64,000 nucleotides of DNA from contig JAJRXZ010000090.1 in the NCBI GenBank assembly GCA_024276015.1, positions 5,654 to 69,653 on the forward strand, read 5' to 3'. This stretch comes from Spirochaetota bacterium (GTDB lineage: Bacteria > Spirochaetota > UBA4802 > UBA5550). The translations under genes were made by a program, and so were the position numbers. The notes beneath the pieces were generated by a model that saw only the letters and a program-made list of their open reading frames with translations, was not told where the DNA came from and did not search any database. This document shows, one piece after another, positions 11,188-20,376 of the stretch. Numbering within the stretch: the first letter of the stretch is position 1; each line of letters opens with the position of its first letter.

Positions 11188-12111
11188 TCAGGGAGCGGGC
11201 TTTTTCTTCTTATACCACTTGTTTTTACCATAGATTTTTTCGCTGCAGTCAGGGCATATCCCGTGAGTGAAAAAAACTTCCGAATGTGTCTCAAAATAAG
11301 ATTCTACCTGTTCCCAGTACCCTTGATCGTCTCTGATCTTTTTGCAGTTGGAGCAAATGGGCAGCAGGCCCTTTAATACTGTGATTCTCTGTAAATTCTT
11401 TAATAACATATAACCGAGAGAAGAAATTACAATGACCCCTATGATGAAAAAGAGTATATGAAGGATCACCAATCTGTTATTGAGAGCACTAATTGAATTT
11501 TCATAAGTGTCAAAAGGAATTTTTATGCTTATACCTCCGCGAATATCCCCTTCTTTATATCCTTGAAGTGCATGGCACTTTAAACATGATTTTTCTGTTA
11601 AAAGGGGAGCCATATATCTGAGATATTTTTTATCCTTTTTTCCAATTATTGAATGCCTTTCTTTAACGCCTGTTCTGAATTTATTAAGACTCTCTTCCTC
11701 CCATCTGTCGGGAAAATTACTCGGATTTAAAGGATTTTTGCTTGTTATATGGAATTCTATGGAGCGGTCTTTCTCCAAAAATTCGGATATAAGTCTGGTC
11801 ATAAAAGCCGGATTGATCTTTGTCAGTTTCATACCTTCGGTAGTAGTTATATCTCTGAGAGGATCCTTCAGGTAAGGGTTCGGTTTTATAGATTCGCTGA
11901 CAGGCAGATATACTCCTCCATGCATAGCATTCCATCTTCTGGTTATTACAATTTCCATAAAGAGCGATTTTGCGCTCTCCTTTGCCATGAGTAAGTACTG
12001 TTTCTTTGTTTCTGTTATGTTATAAAAAAGTGAAATGAGGATTATTGCCAGAAAGAATAAAATTAAAAGAGCAATTGTCAGTTTAACTTGTTTTACGGGT
12101 TCAATTTTCAT
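11188..12111 (-). CDS. DUF3365 (c-type haem) membrane sensor with C-terminal CxxC...CxxC module
   Basis: 307-aa ORF. The order is N-terminal TM helix, DUF3365-like domain with haem motif CLKCH, second TM helix, then LLPICSNCKKIRDDQGYWEQVESYFETHSEVFFTHGICPDC. Overlaps the upstream small ORF by 4 nt. Confidence 0.65.
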   Translation of the reverse strand: MKIEPVKQVKLTIALLILFFLAIILISLFYNITETKKQYLLMAKESAKSLFMEIVITRRWNAMHGGVYLPVSESIKPNPYLKDPLRDITTTEGMKLTKINPAFMTRLISEFLEKDRSIEFHITSKNPLNPSNFPDRWEEESLNKFRTGVKERHSIIGKKDKKYLRYMAPLLTEKSCLKCHALQGYKEGDIRGGISIKIPFDTYENSISALNNRLVILHILFFIIGVIVISSLGYMLLKNLQRITVLKGLLPICSNCKKIRDDQGYWEQVESYFETHSEVFFTHGICPDCSEKIYGKNKWYKKKKPAP

Positions 12112-12317
12112 GTTGCTTTCTTGACAGCAAAATCTATGGTTCGGTTTTCTCGCGCCTTTTTATAACGCAGATAATATTTATAATTTGGAGACCATTCTTT
12201 GTCAAACAGTTTTTTGCAGAGGAAACTGGGATAAACTTCCTCTCCGGAGGCAGATTTCGTCCTCTGATAAATATGAATTATTTTATTTTTTAGTTCCCGC
12301 CAGCCCTCTATTATCAA
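12108..12317 (-). CDS. hypothetical small basic protein
   Basis: 69-aa ORF with a TTG start and no clear SD. Its stop overlaps the next gene's start (ATGA). No family recognised. Confidence 0.3.
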   Translation of the reverse strand: MIIEGWRELKNKIIHIYQRTKSASGEEVYPSFLCKKLFDKEWSPNYKYYLRYKKARENRTIDFAVKKAT

Positions 12318-12353
12318 AGATACGCATTAGATCATTTTTTGTACATGAATAGT

Positions 12354-13187
12354 TTATTCGCCATAATGGAAACGGATGTAATTATGTCTAATTATGTTAT
12401 CTTTTAATTGGTCTTCCAGAAAATTATCTATAAAGGTGATATACTCGGTTATCATAGATGGGTTGCCGAATACTGCATCGCTTCCAAAAAGAATGCGGTT
12501 CTTAAAGTTTTTTATAAAATCTCTGTAAGCATCGGGAGATTCTTTCATATAGGGCAGCAGGGATGAGAAATCCGTATAACAATTTGTGAAGTTTTCCAGG
12601 AATGCAGCCATTTCTCTGCGTGAACTCCCAAAGTGAGGAATGTTAATATTTACATCCGGGAATGCTGAAAAAATATCCGAAACAAAGCTGCTATAGCGTC
12701 TCAGATCTACATGGAAGAGTACCGGCAGGTTATAGAGCCTGCACTGTTCCATAATATCGGAAGTTACCTGTTCAGAAGCCTTAACGCTTCTGCTAAGACT
12801 TCTTTCCCAGCCTTCAAAGCCTATTATGTCGTCAACTTCCGGTACATATAGTATTTTAACGGCTTTGTAGCCCATTTCAGTATAATATCCCAGTTTCTTG
12901 ACGTGGTCCTTATCGAAAAAACGCGTATCAATGTATGGTATAAATAAGGGGGTTTTATTATCTTCGATTATTGAAATCACTTCGGGGCCGGGATTAATTG
13001 CTTCTTTGGTGATCAGATGGTGATAAGCTCTTGGGATCATTGGAAGAACTTCTTCAATACTTTCCGGTGCTTCCTCAAAGATCAGTAATGCGCCGCCGAG
13101 AAAACCCTTTATATCTGAAAAATTTTTATAAATAGGCTCAATTGACCCCTCATAGAAATAGTGAATATGTGCGTCATAGAATTCCAT
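12354..13187 (-). CDS. amidohydrolase family (TIM-barrel metal hydrolase) protein
   Basis: Track ORF extends to 13349, but that extension reads through repeat copy A. The ATG at 13187 (GGAG upstream) gives MEFYDAHIHYF, the usual HxH metal motif at the N-terminus of amidohydrolase_2-type proteins. Confidence 0.6.
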   Translation of the reverse strand: MEFYDAHIHYFYEGSIEPIYKNFSDIKGFLGGALLIFEEAPESIEEVLPMIPRAYHHLITKEAINPGPEVISIIEDNKTPLFIPYIDTRFFDKDHVKKLGYYTEMGYKAVKILYVPEVDDIIGFEGWERSLSRSVKASEQVTSDIMEQCRLYNLPVLFHVDLRRYSSFVSDIFSAFPDVNINIPHFGSSRREMAAFLENFTNCYTDFSSLLPYMKESPDAYRDFIKNFKNRILFGSDAVFGNPSMITEYITFIDNFLEDQLKDNIIRHNYIRFHYGE

Positions 13188-13260
13188 AAATAGACTGCTC
13201 CAATAATAAATAATATATGATCCATAATACTGGAAAGAAGTATAAATTTCCACATAAAAA

Positions 13261-13364
13261 TATATCAAAAGGCATCGATTTTGTCCCTTGGCAAAGGGCA
13301 AAATTCTGATCAGATCATATAGCGATTCATTTAATATGGAAATTTTCAATGATGATCGGCATAG
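13261..13364 (+). repeat. ~100-bp intergenic repeat, copy A
   Basis: Aligns by eye over its full length with 15037-15139 and 18665-18767. Contains the hairpin TTTTGTCCCTTG/CAAAGGGCAAAA. Confidence 0.85.
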
Positions 13365-13409
13365 TAAAATTTTAATATTATGCTGAATTAGAGGGATCGC
13401 CTTTAACGG

Positions 13410-14258
13410 TCAATACTTATACTTAATGGAGTCAATTTTGCCTTTCCAGTAAATATAAGCCCCGCGGGGCATATCCCATTGGACTTTTGCTTTTAAAGGG
13501 ATCAATATGCCGTTAACTCTGCTGTAATTGCTGTAAAAACCTGACCAGGGAAGAGCTTCAAAATGGTCCTTAACCATTTTATACCGAATAGAACCGGATT
13601 TATAGATCTCATCTTGATCGTTGAAATAGAACTTTATACTGACTTCGGTGTCTCCGTCTCTCAGCAGGGCCATTGCAGTTTTATTGTCTATTGCTTTCCA
13701 TGTAAGATATTTGTCGGGCAGCAGTGCAGTTGGAAACCATACAGACTCGGCCAGGTAGCGGACCAATTCACCTGTATCCAATTCCTTTTTGCCTGATTCG
13801 TCCGCCACTGTAAAGCTGTTTAAAAGTATAGCTTTAAGGGAACCGGCTCCCCCTTTATACATATCAAGAACTCTTACTGTAAAGAGTGGAGCACTCTGGA
13901 TTTTTGCATCCCAGATAAATCCGGGAGGATCCGTTGTGAAATGCTGAAGTGCGCTGAGAGGCAGCCATTTTTGGGAATCCTCTTCCATGCAGAGAAAACC
14001 GGTCTGTTTTAATTTGACAAACCGAATGTATGGATGCCCTTCGGGAATGACTTTTTTCAGATATCTCTGTACAGGTGCCGGGAGTCCGGCCAGTTCATGA
14101 TGCTTGAAAGTTCTGACAGAGTTATTGTGCGCATATTCGTTCAGATCATCAACCAGCTGTGCCATTGATCTGTTTACGCTAATACCCTTTATAACTATAA
14201 ATATTATAAATAAAAGAATGATGAGTACGGTAATTTTAATCAGACGCCTGAACAGCAT
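13410..14258 (-). CDS. membrane-anchored hypothetical protein (possibly DUF6544 family)
   Basis: 282-aa ORF with an N-terminal TM anchor. The LPAPVQRYL motif is recalled from DUF6544-type proteins, but this assignment is tentative. Confidence 0.45.
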   Translation of the reverse strand: MLFRRLIKITVLIILLFIIFIVIKGISVNRSMAQLVDDLNEYAHNNSVRTFKHHELAGLPAPVQRYLKKVIPEGHPYIRFVKLKQTGFLCMEEDSQKWLPLSALQHFTTDPPGFIWDAKIQSAPLFTVRVLDMYKGGAGSLKAILLNSFTVADESGKKELDTGELVRYLAESVWFPTALLPDKYLTWKAIDNKTAMALLRDGDTEVSIKFYFNDQDEIYKSGSIRYKMVKDHFEALPWSGFYSNYSRVNGILIPLKAKVQWDMPRGAYIYWKGKIDSIKYKY

Positions 14259-14584
14259 TGCTATTCCTCCTTCGTTGTTATGAATATGTAAAAAACATGC
14301 TTTAAATTATTAAAAAATCTTAATAATATAGATTGCATAATTTTTTATACCTTATGGATAAGTCAATTAGTTTTGAATGATTTGAACTGCGTAATATGAA
14401 ATTTTGCTGCGTATTTTTATTGCAGTTCTTCGGTGTACAATTTGTCTGATATTATTTTTTATTGACAGCATTATAGTATTTGAAATAGTTATTAAAAACA
14501 TTTATGATGACCTTTTAATTTGAATATTTCCATAGTGAATACAATATTGTGAACTAACAATTAATATGACTAAAGGAATTTTTT

Positions 14585-14983
14585 GTGGCAGATATAATTA
14601 AAAAATTAAGAGTTGAACATGCTCACATGCTGGATTTACTTACCAGAGCCAAATCCGAAGGGATCGGTTCTGAAGCTTTCCGCAATAATTTAACAGAGGT
14701 AAAGAATCTTTTGGTTAAACATCTTGAGCTTGAAGATATGTTAGTATATCCTCTTCTTGATAAAGCTGCTGTAAATAATAATAAGCTGAAAAAAATGCTT
14801 GATGAATTTAAGGAAGAGATGAATGAAATAGCCACATTCGCAATGGATTTTTTTGATAGGCTTAGTCATGAATCGGGAGCTAAATTACAAAAAGACTTTA
14901 AGTCCTTCATGAATATACTGCTTCAGAGAATTGTAATGGAAGAGAAAGTTCTCTATAAAGCTTATGAAGATATGATAGGTTAA
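14585..14983 (+). CDS. hemerythrin-like (HHE cation-binding) domain protein
   Basis: 132-aa ORF with a GTG start and AAAGGA 7 nt upstream. H/E spacing (EHAHMLDLL, KHLELEDMLVYPLL) is typical of hemerythrin HHE domains. Confidence 0.55.
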   Translation: MADIIKKLRVEHAHMLDLLTRAKSEGIGSEAFRNNLTEVKNLLVKHLELEDMLVYPLLDKAAVNNNKLKKMLDEFKEEMNEIATFAMDFFDRLSHESGAKLQKDFKSFMNILLQRIVMEEKVLYKAYEDMIG

Positions 14984-15036
14984 CAAAAAGAATTCCAATT
15001 CCTTTGTCAAATTTTGTTATTAATTGATCATTTAAG

Positions 15037-15139
15037 TATATCAAAAAGCATTGGTTTTGTCTCTTGACAGAGGGTAAAATCCCGATCGGATCATATGCCG
15101 ATCCATTTAATATGAAAATTTTCAATGATGATCGGTATG
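15037..15139 (+). repeat. ~100-bp intergenic repeat, copy B
   Basis: Full-length copy ending 71 nt upstream of rnpB. Its 3' end GATCGGTAT is re-duplicated at 15148-15156. Confidence 0.85.
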
Positions 15140-15201
15140 TGGTTGAAGATCGGTATAATAATCGAATTTTTTTCTTTACAGTGACAGAGGAATAAATACA
15201 A

Positions 15202-15207
15202 TATAAT
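15202..15207 (+). promoter_or_regulatory. candidate -10 box for rnpB
   Basis: Perfect TATAAT 4 nt before the first base of the P1 helix. No convincing -35 at 17 nt (GTGACA at 15 nt, TTTACA at 21 nt). Confidence 0.35.
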
Positions 15208-15210
15208 TAA

Positions 15211-15550
15211 GAAGGGGAACAAGCAGCCGCGCTTGTCTGGTTTCAGACGGTGAGGAAAGTCCGAACACCGCAGGACAGGGTGCCGGGTAATACCCGGGCG
15301 TCGTGAGGCGATGGAAAGTGCAGCAGAAAATATACCGCCCCGCAGGGGTAAGGGTGAAATGGTGAGGTAAGAGCTCACCGCATCAGCCGCAAGGCTGTTG
15401 GCAGTGCAAACCCCGCCCGGTGCAATACCAAGCAGTCAGTCGTTTGAGGGCTGTCCGTCCGAGACTGAGGGTAGGTAGCAAGGACATGTATGGCAACATA
15501 CATGCAAGGTAGATGGCTGCAAAAACAGAATTCGGCTTATGTTCCCCTTC
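15211..15550 (+). ncRNA. rnpB: RNase P RNA, bacterial type A
   Basis: P1 pairing GAAGGGGAAC/GTTCCCCTTC. Conserved P4 strands GAGGAAAGTCCGAACAC and ACAGAATTCGGCTTAT. Internal GGGTAAGGGTGAAATGGTGAGGTAAGAGCTCACC block. GC-rich island with no ORF. Confidence 0.95.
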
Positions 15551-15590
15551 TTTTCATATTATTGTATAAAGAAGGTTCGGCAGGTAAAAA

Positions 15591-16541
15591 ATGGACAGGA
15601 ACAGAAAGATACTTGCATCCATATTGGCGTTGTTAATTCTGTCAATAATTATGGCTGTTACGGATATTACGTTTCGCATTCAGGACACTGAAAAAAGGGG
15701 TATAAAAGCAGGTATGCCCCAAATCGGTCCCGGAGTTGGAATTATCCGAATAGAAGGGCCCATAAACATGTCCTCAGGAGCGGGTCTGGTTGGCGTAAAA
15801 TCACAGGTTGAAAGAATTATCGACAGGCTGGATAGCTTAAGTAGAAACAGCGATATTAAAGCCCTAGTAGTGAGGATCAATTCTCCGGGCGGGACTGTTG
15901 CTGCAACACAGGAAATATATCAGAAAATATGGAAATTAAGAAAGAAGAATATTCCTATAGTTGCTTCAATGGGAGATATTGCCGCTTCAGGAGGATATTA
16001 TGCAGCATCTGCCTGTAATTATATTATTGCAAATCACGGGACAATAACCGGTTCTATCGGAGTTATTGCCTTTTCGCCCAATCTTAAGGGTCTGTTTGAG
16101 AAACTGGGAATAAAGATGAACGTAATCAAAAGCGGAAACTATAAAGATATACTTTCCAGCCACAGAGACCTTACAAAAGAAGAGTTTGCAATGCTTCAGA
16201 AAATGATCGATTCTTCATACAGGAAATTTTTAAAAGATATAGCTCTTGGGAGAAATATGAACCAGTCTGAAATTGAGCCCTATGCAGACGGAAGGATCAT
16301 GACAGGGGAAGAAGCATTAAACTATAAATTAATTGACGAATTAGGAACATTTGAAGACGCAATAGATAAGGCCAGGAGACTGGCAAAGCTTGATGAGAAT
16401 TCGCCTGTTTATGATGAGGTCAAAACTCCTGTGGAACAGATATTGATGTCGCTTGAAGGAATGTTAAAATGGAATAATATTTTTAAAGAAAAATATCCCG
16501 GAAGCGGTAATTACAGGCTTGAGTACAGGTATCTGCCATGA
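15591..16541 (+). CDS. sppA: signal peptide peptidase SppA, 36K type
   Basis: 316-aa ORF with an N-terminal TM anchor and the motifs INSPGGTVAA and ASMGDIAASGGYY. Confidence 0.9.
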   Translation: MDRNRKILASILALLILSIIMAVTDITFRIQDTEKRGIKAGMPQIGPGVGIIRIEGPINMSSGAGLVGVKSQVERIIDRLDSLSRNSDIKALVVRINSPGGTVAATQEIYQKIWKLRKKNIPIVASMGDIAASGGYYAASACNYIIANHGTITGSIGVIAFSPNLKGLFEKLGIKMNVIKSGNYKDILSSHRDLTKEEFAMLQKMIDSSYRKFLKDIALGRNMNQSEIEPYADGRIMTGEEALNYKLIDELGTFEDAIDKARRLAKLDENSPVYDEVKTPVEQILMSLEGMLKWNNIFKEKYPGSGNYRLEYRYLP

Positions 16542-17143
16542 CATTGTCATATTTCAGATCATTAGCATGGGCGGATTATTTTATTAATGCCCTTGTTGAT
16601 CCGAGGAACTTGTTCAGGATCTTTGCAAGAAAGGATGCAAAGCCTTTTGGTATGAGCTTTATTATTCCCGCTCTTCTTGCAATAACTGAAATATTATCCA
16701 TATCGCTGCTGGGAAGTGAAAGTTCTTTTTTTTATTATAAGATTTCATACGGATGGATATTGTTTTTTTTAATAATCATTCTGAAATTAATAATCTCAGC
16801 ATCCCTGATGGATATGATTGCGCAATTCTTCGGTTTTAACGGCAGAATTAAGGAATTAGTTTCTATTTTAAACTATTCTCTGCTGCCCGGAGTTTTTCTT
16901 CTGCCGATTATTTACATTTTTAAGATTATGAATTTTGCGCCTCTCTTCTTTTACTTTTTATTCACATTATTGTTGACTATATGGTCTGCATTTATTGCAA
17001 TTCAGGGGATATCGGAGATGCACTCCACCGGTTTTGGCAGAGCGCTTTTTATCTATTTATTTCCATCTATCTTTGCACTTCTTTTTACATTTTTTATAAT
17101 AATACTGTTGATCATATCCGGAGTGGGGTTCTTTTTCGGATAG
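16538..17143 (+). CDS. Yip1-like integral membrane protein
   Basis: 201-aa polytopic ORF coupled to sppA by an ATGA overlap. Family call is tentative. Confidence 0.5.
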   Translation: MTLSYFRSLAWADYFINALVDPRNLFRIFARKDAKPFGMSFIIPALLAITEILSISLLGSESSFFYYKISYGWILFFLIIILKLIISASLMDMIAQFFGFNGRIKELVSILNYSLLPGVFLLPIIYIFKIMNFAPLFFYFLFTLLLTIWSAFIAIQGISEMHSTGFGRALFIYLFPSIFALLFTFFIIILLIISGVGFFFG

Positions 17144-17144
17144 C

Positions 17145-17205
17145 GGTGAATTAGATCATATGCTGATCCGTTTAATGTGGAAATTTTCAATGATGATCGG
17201 TATAC
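17145..17205 (+). repeat. ~100-bp intergenic repeat, partial copy C (3' half)
   Basis: TTAGATCATATGCTGATCCGTTTAATGTGGAAATTTTCAATGATGATCGGTATA matches the 3' ~60 nt of copies A, B and D. Lies between convergent gene ends. Confidence 0.8.
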
Positions 17206-18416
17206 TAAAATAGTTTTTCAACAGCTTCTTTAATCCTTTTTAAGCCTTCGGTAATATTTTCATCTGAAGTGGCAAAGGACATTCTGATATGGTTGTCATT
17301 GCCGAAAGCTATTCCGGGTACAACTGCAATTTTTGCTTCTTCAATTAAATATGAACTCAGTTTCGATGAGTTGTGTTCGCCTTCATATTTTTTATTAATA
17401 TGGTCCCATCCCTTTGAATTAAAAAGTCCTTCCATGCTTGGGAACACGTAAAATGAACCGGCAGGGTTAAGACATTTTATTCCGGGGATATTGTTCAGTC
17501 CCTCAACAATAAGTTTTCTTCTTCTTGCAAATGCGGAAACCATTTCCTTAACGGCTGTTCCGTCACCGGTAAGGGCAGCAAGGGCAGCCCATTGAGATAT
17601 TGATGCAGGGTTAGATGTGGACTGGCTCTGAAGCGTTTCGGTTTTCTTTATGATCTTTTCATCTCCCGCCATATATCCGATTCTCCAGCCTGTCATGGAA
17701 TAGGTTTTTGACACACCGTTTAATACTATGGTTTTATTCTTAAATTTGTCGGATATGTTGGCAATATTTGAAAATTTAAAGTTGTCATAGGTAATCGATT
17801 CATAAATATCGTCGGTAATAATAATTAGGTCTCTCTTTTCTAACACTTGCGCCAGCTCTTTCAATTCATCTTCGGTATAGGCTGCTCCTGTAGGGTTTGA
17901 TGGAGAATTTATTACAACAGCTTTAGTCTTTTCAGTGATCTTCTCTTCAAGTTGTTGGGGGTTCATCTTAAATCCGCTTTTCTCATCCGTATTAACAATT
18001 ACGGGTTTCCCGCCGGCCAGCAGAACCATAGAAGGATAAGAAACCCAGTAAGGCGAAGGAATAACAACTTCGTCGGAATCGTTTAGTAATACCTGCATAA
18101 GGTTGTAAAAAGAGTGTTTGCCGCCGCAGTTTACCGTAACCTCAGTTGTTTTATATTCCAGATCGTTATCCTTTTTGAATTTTTTAATAATTGCCTCTTT
18201 TAATTCGGGAATCCCGCCAACAGGAGTATATTTGGTTTTCCCGTTATTAATTGCTTGAATTGCAGCGTCTTTGATAAATTGAGGAGTGTCAAAGTCGGGT
18301 TCACCGGAACCAAAACCTATTATATCAATTCCTTTTGCTTTCATGGAATTTGCAAGATTTGTTACTGCAAGTGTAGGTGAGGGCTTAACTTTTAAAATTC
18401 TTTCTGATAAAACCAT
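17205..18416 (-). CDS. pyridoxal-phosphate-dependent aminotransferase (aspartate aminotransferase-like, class I)
   Basis: Track ORF is 17205..18452. The ATG at 18416 has AAAGG upstream and gives MVLSERILKVKPSPT. Motifs NSPSNPTG and the PLP lysine region SKTYSMTGWRIGY are present. Confidence 0.9.
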   Translation of the reverse strand: MVLSERILKVKPSPTLAVTNLANSMKAKGIDIIGFGSGEPDFDTPQFIKDAAIQAINNGKTKYTPVGGIPELKEAIIKKFKKDNDLEYKTTEVTVNCGGKHSFYNLMQVLLNDSDEVVIPSPYWVSYPSMVLLAGGKPVIVNTDEKSGFKMNPQQLEEKITEKTKAVVINSPSNPTGAAYTEDELKELAQVLEKRDLIIITDDIYESITYDNFKFSNIANISDKFKNKTIVLNGVSKTYSMTGWRIGYMAGDEKIIKKTETLQSQSTSNPASISQWAALAALTGDGTAVKEMVSAFARRRKLIVEGLNNIPGIKCLNPAGSFYVFPSMEGLFNSKGWDHINKKYEGEHNSSKLSSYLIEEAKIAVVPGIAFGNDNHIRMSFATSDENITEGLKRIKEAVEKLF

Positions 18417-18664
18417 AATAGTACCTTTACATAGTATTGTAATAATGTGCAAAAATATTAAATAAATCTCTTTATTAGAAATAATAATTATGTCAAGTAT
18501 AAATTCAATTTTATGCTGCCCATTGGGGGCAGCCCTCCAATGTCCTCTACTTTAATAATTGCTATTTTTTTAATTATTGACTAATATGGCTGCTTCATTT
18601 ACATTTACTTATTCAAAAAAATACTTCTTTTCGGTGATGAAAGATTTTTTATAAAATGTCGAAA

Positions 18665-18767
18665 TATATCGAAAAGTATTGATTTTGTCTCTTGACAAAG
18701 GGCAAAATCCTGATTAAATCATATACCGATTCATTTAATATAGAAACTTTAATGATAATCGGTATAG
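18665..18767 (+). repeat. ~100-bp intergenic repeat, copy D
   Basis: Full-length copy in the divergent region between the aminotransferase and GAF-SpoIIE genes. It is read through by two spurious track ORFs. Confidence 0.85.
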
Positions 18768-18805
18768 CACAAAATACTCTTGATAATAGAGATGAGACAA
18801 CTGTT

Positions 18806-20089
18806 ATGGAAGAAAGAACCGTTAGTATTGATGACCTTGCCGGCCTGGAACGAAAAGTCGGAAATCTTTCCAAACTTGTAAAAATTAATGGTATAATAAA
18901 TTCGACTCTCGATATTGGCAAGCTTCTCACAATAATAATGGAAATTATTAAGGATATCATGGAAACCGAGGCCAGCACTCTTCTTCTTTACGATGAAAAA
19001 GAGAATAACCTTGTTTTTAAAGTTGCTCTCGGTGAAAGCGGAAGAGAACTTGTGGAAAAATACAGAGTAAAGATGGGGCAGGGTATTGCCGGTTGGGTAG
19101 CTGAAACCAGAAAATATACAGTCGTTAACAATGTGTATGAAGATAAACGTTTTGATCCTAATTTTGACAAACAAACCGGATTTATTACAAAAGCGATCGC
19201 CTGCACTCCTTTACTGTTTAAAGGTAAACTGCTCGGCGTTATTCAAGCTATCAATCCTTTAAATAAACCCGGTTTTGATGAAGGCGACATAGACCTTTTT
19301 AATGTTTTTGCTGATCAGGCAGCGCTGGCTGTTCAGAATGCGACTTTTTTTATGAATGCTCTTGAAGAAGAGAGGTTTAAAGTTGAATTGACTTCGGCCA
19401 GGTCTTTTCAGCAAAGTCTTATCCCTTATATCAATCGAAAATATGAGAATATTTATATAGCCGCAAAATCGATTGCAGCAAGAGAGATCGGCGGAGAGTT
19501 TCATGGAGTTTATCCGGTTAATAACAATATTGCTGTTGCTCTCTGCGATATTCATGAGAAGGGCATCCCCGGGGGATTAAATGCATCACTGATGAACGGG
19601 ATGCTGAAAGCGTTAACTGCAGTCAAGGGACACAAGCCGGGTATGCTGATAAGGGCTTTAAATAAGCTGATCTCCGGTGATGCGGAGGAACTGTCAAACA
19701 TTTCATTTTTTTACGGATTCATCGATATTAACGAACGCATTATTAATTTTGTAAATTCAGGAGTGGCATATCCGATACTTGTTCGGGACGGGATCTCAAG
19801 ATACCTGAAATTCAGAAGCTCAGGTTTTAATGAAAATATCGCTGAAGTAAAAAAAGTGAAAGTAAAGCTTCAACAAGGCGACTATTTTGTAATATTCTCA
19901 GATAGTATGGTCAATTTTAAAAACAGGAACGGACTTGCCCTGGGTCTGAAAAGGATAATGAATTTTCTGCAAAAAGAATTTGATGATCCGGGAAATTTGA
20001 TCGATGCATTGATCGGTTTTGCTGAAGATTTCACAGGGGGTATTGAGATCAGGGAAGATATCTCAATAATTGCATTCAAAGTACTTTAG
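18806..20089 (+). CDS. GAF domain-containing PP2C-type (SpoIIE/RsbU-like) serine phosphatase
   Basis: Track ORF starts at 18692 inside repeat D, so I prefer the ATG at 18806 (MEERTV...). A GAF-like region (EASTLLLYDE ... GIAGWVA) is followed by a SpoIIE-type domain (GGEFHG ... CDIHEKGIPG ... FSDSM). Confidence 0.8.
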   Translation: MEERTVSIDDLAGLERKVGNLSKLVKINGIINSTLDIGKLLTIIMEIIKDIMETEASTLLLYDEKENNLVFKVALGESGRELVEKYRVKMGQGIAGWVAETRKYTVVNNVYEDKRFDPNFDKQTGFITKAIACTPLLFKGKLLGVIQAINPLNKPGFDEGDIDLFNVFADQAALAVQNATFFMNALEEERFKVELTSARSFQQSLIPYINRKYENIYIAAKSIAAREIGGEFHGVYPVNNNIAVALCDIHEKGIPGGLNASLMNGMLKALTAVKGHKPGMLIRALNKLISGDAEELSNISFFYGFIDINERIINFVNSGVAYPILVRDGISRYLKFRSSGFNENIAEVKKVKVKLQQGDYFVIFSDSMVNFKNRNGLALGLKRIMNFLQKEFDDPGNLIDALIGFAEDFTGGIEIREDISIIAFKVL

Positions 20090-20149
20090 CATAAAAAACA
20101 AATACCCGGATTTATATTGCAAATATTAAAAACTGAATAGGCCTGAATA

Positions 20150-20368
20150 ATGAGTAATTATGTTTCCCTTATATTCTGCAGAAATTGCGGTTCCCGATAT
20201 GTTGAGGTTTCCCAGTGGTCTGAAAATGGCAAAGCGCTTTTCCATTGCAGAACATGCAACTGCAGTGAAGAGGTAGGGAAATTTACCCTTGGCAGGTGCA
20301 GAGTAACCAATAAGGAATTGTCCGATGCAAGAGAAACAATGGCGAAGAAGAATAAATATGAAAGGTGA
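20150..20368 (+). CDS. hypothetical zinc-ribbon protein
   Basis: 72-aa ORF with CRNC ... CRTC cysteine pairs and a weak SD. Confidence 0.35.
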   Translation: MSNYVSLIFCRNCGSRYVEVSQWSENGKALFHCRTCNCSEEVGKFTLGRCRVTNKELSDARETMAKKNKYER

Positions 20369-20376
20369 TCCTGTTA

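Noticed and set aside
14907-15125. Minus-strand ORFs 14907..15125 and 18649..18978, and the 5' extension of 12354..13349, share a similar peptide (ILNES.YD.IRILPF.K.QN). This could suggest a small conserved protein.
   Set aside because: The similarity comes from translating the ~100-bp repeat. The flanking parts of these ORFs are unrelated or overlap better-supported genes or rnpB. Downstream starts with good SD sequences explain the real genes.
15037-15139. The TTGACA inside repeat copies B and D as a mobile promoter driving rnpB and the GAF-SpoIIE gene.
   Set aside because: No acceptable -10 hexamer lies 16-19 nt downstream of that TTGACA (CGGATC / TAAATC). Copy A has TTGGCA and faces no plus-strand gene. 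rnpB has its own TATAAT at 15202-15207.
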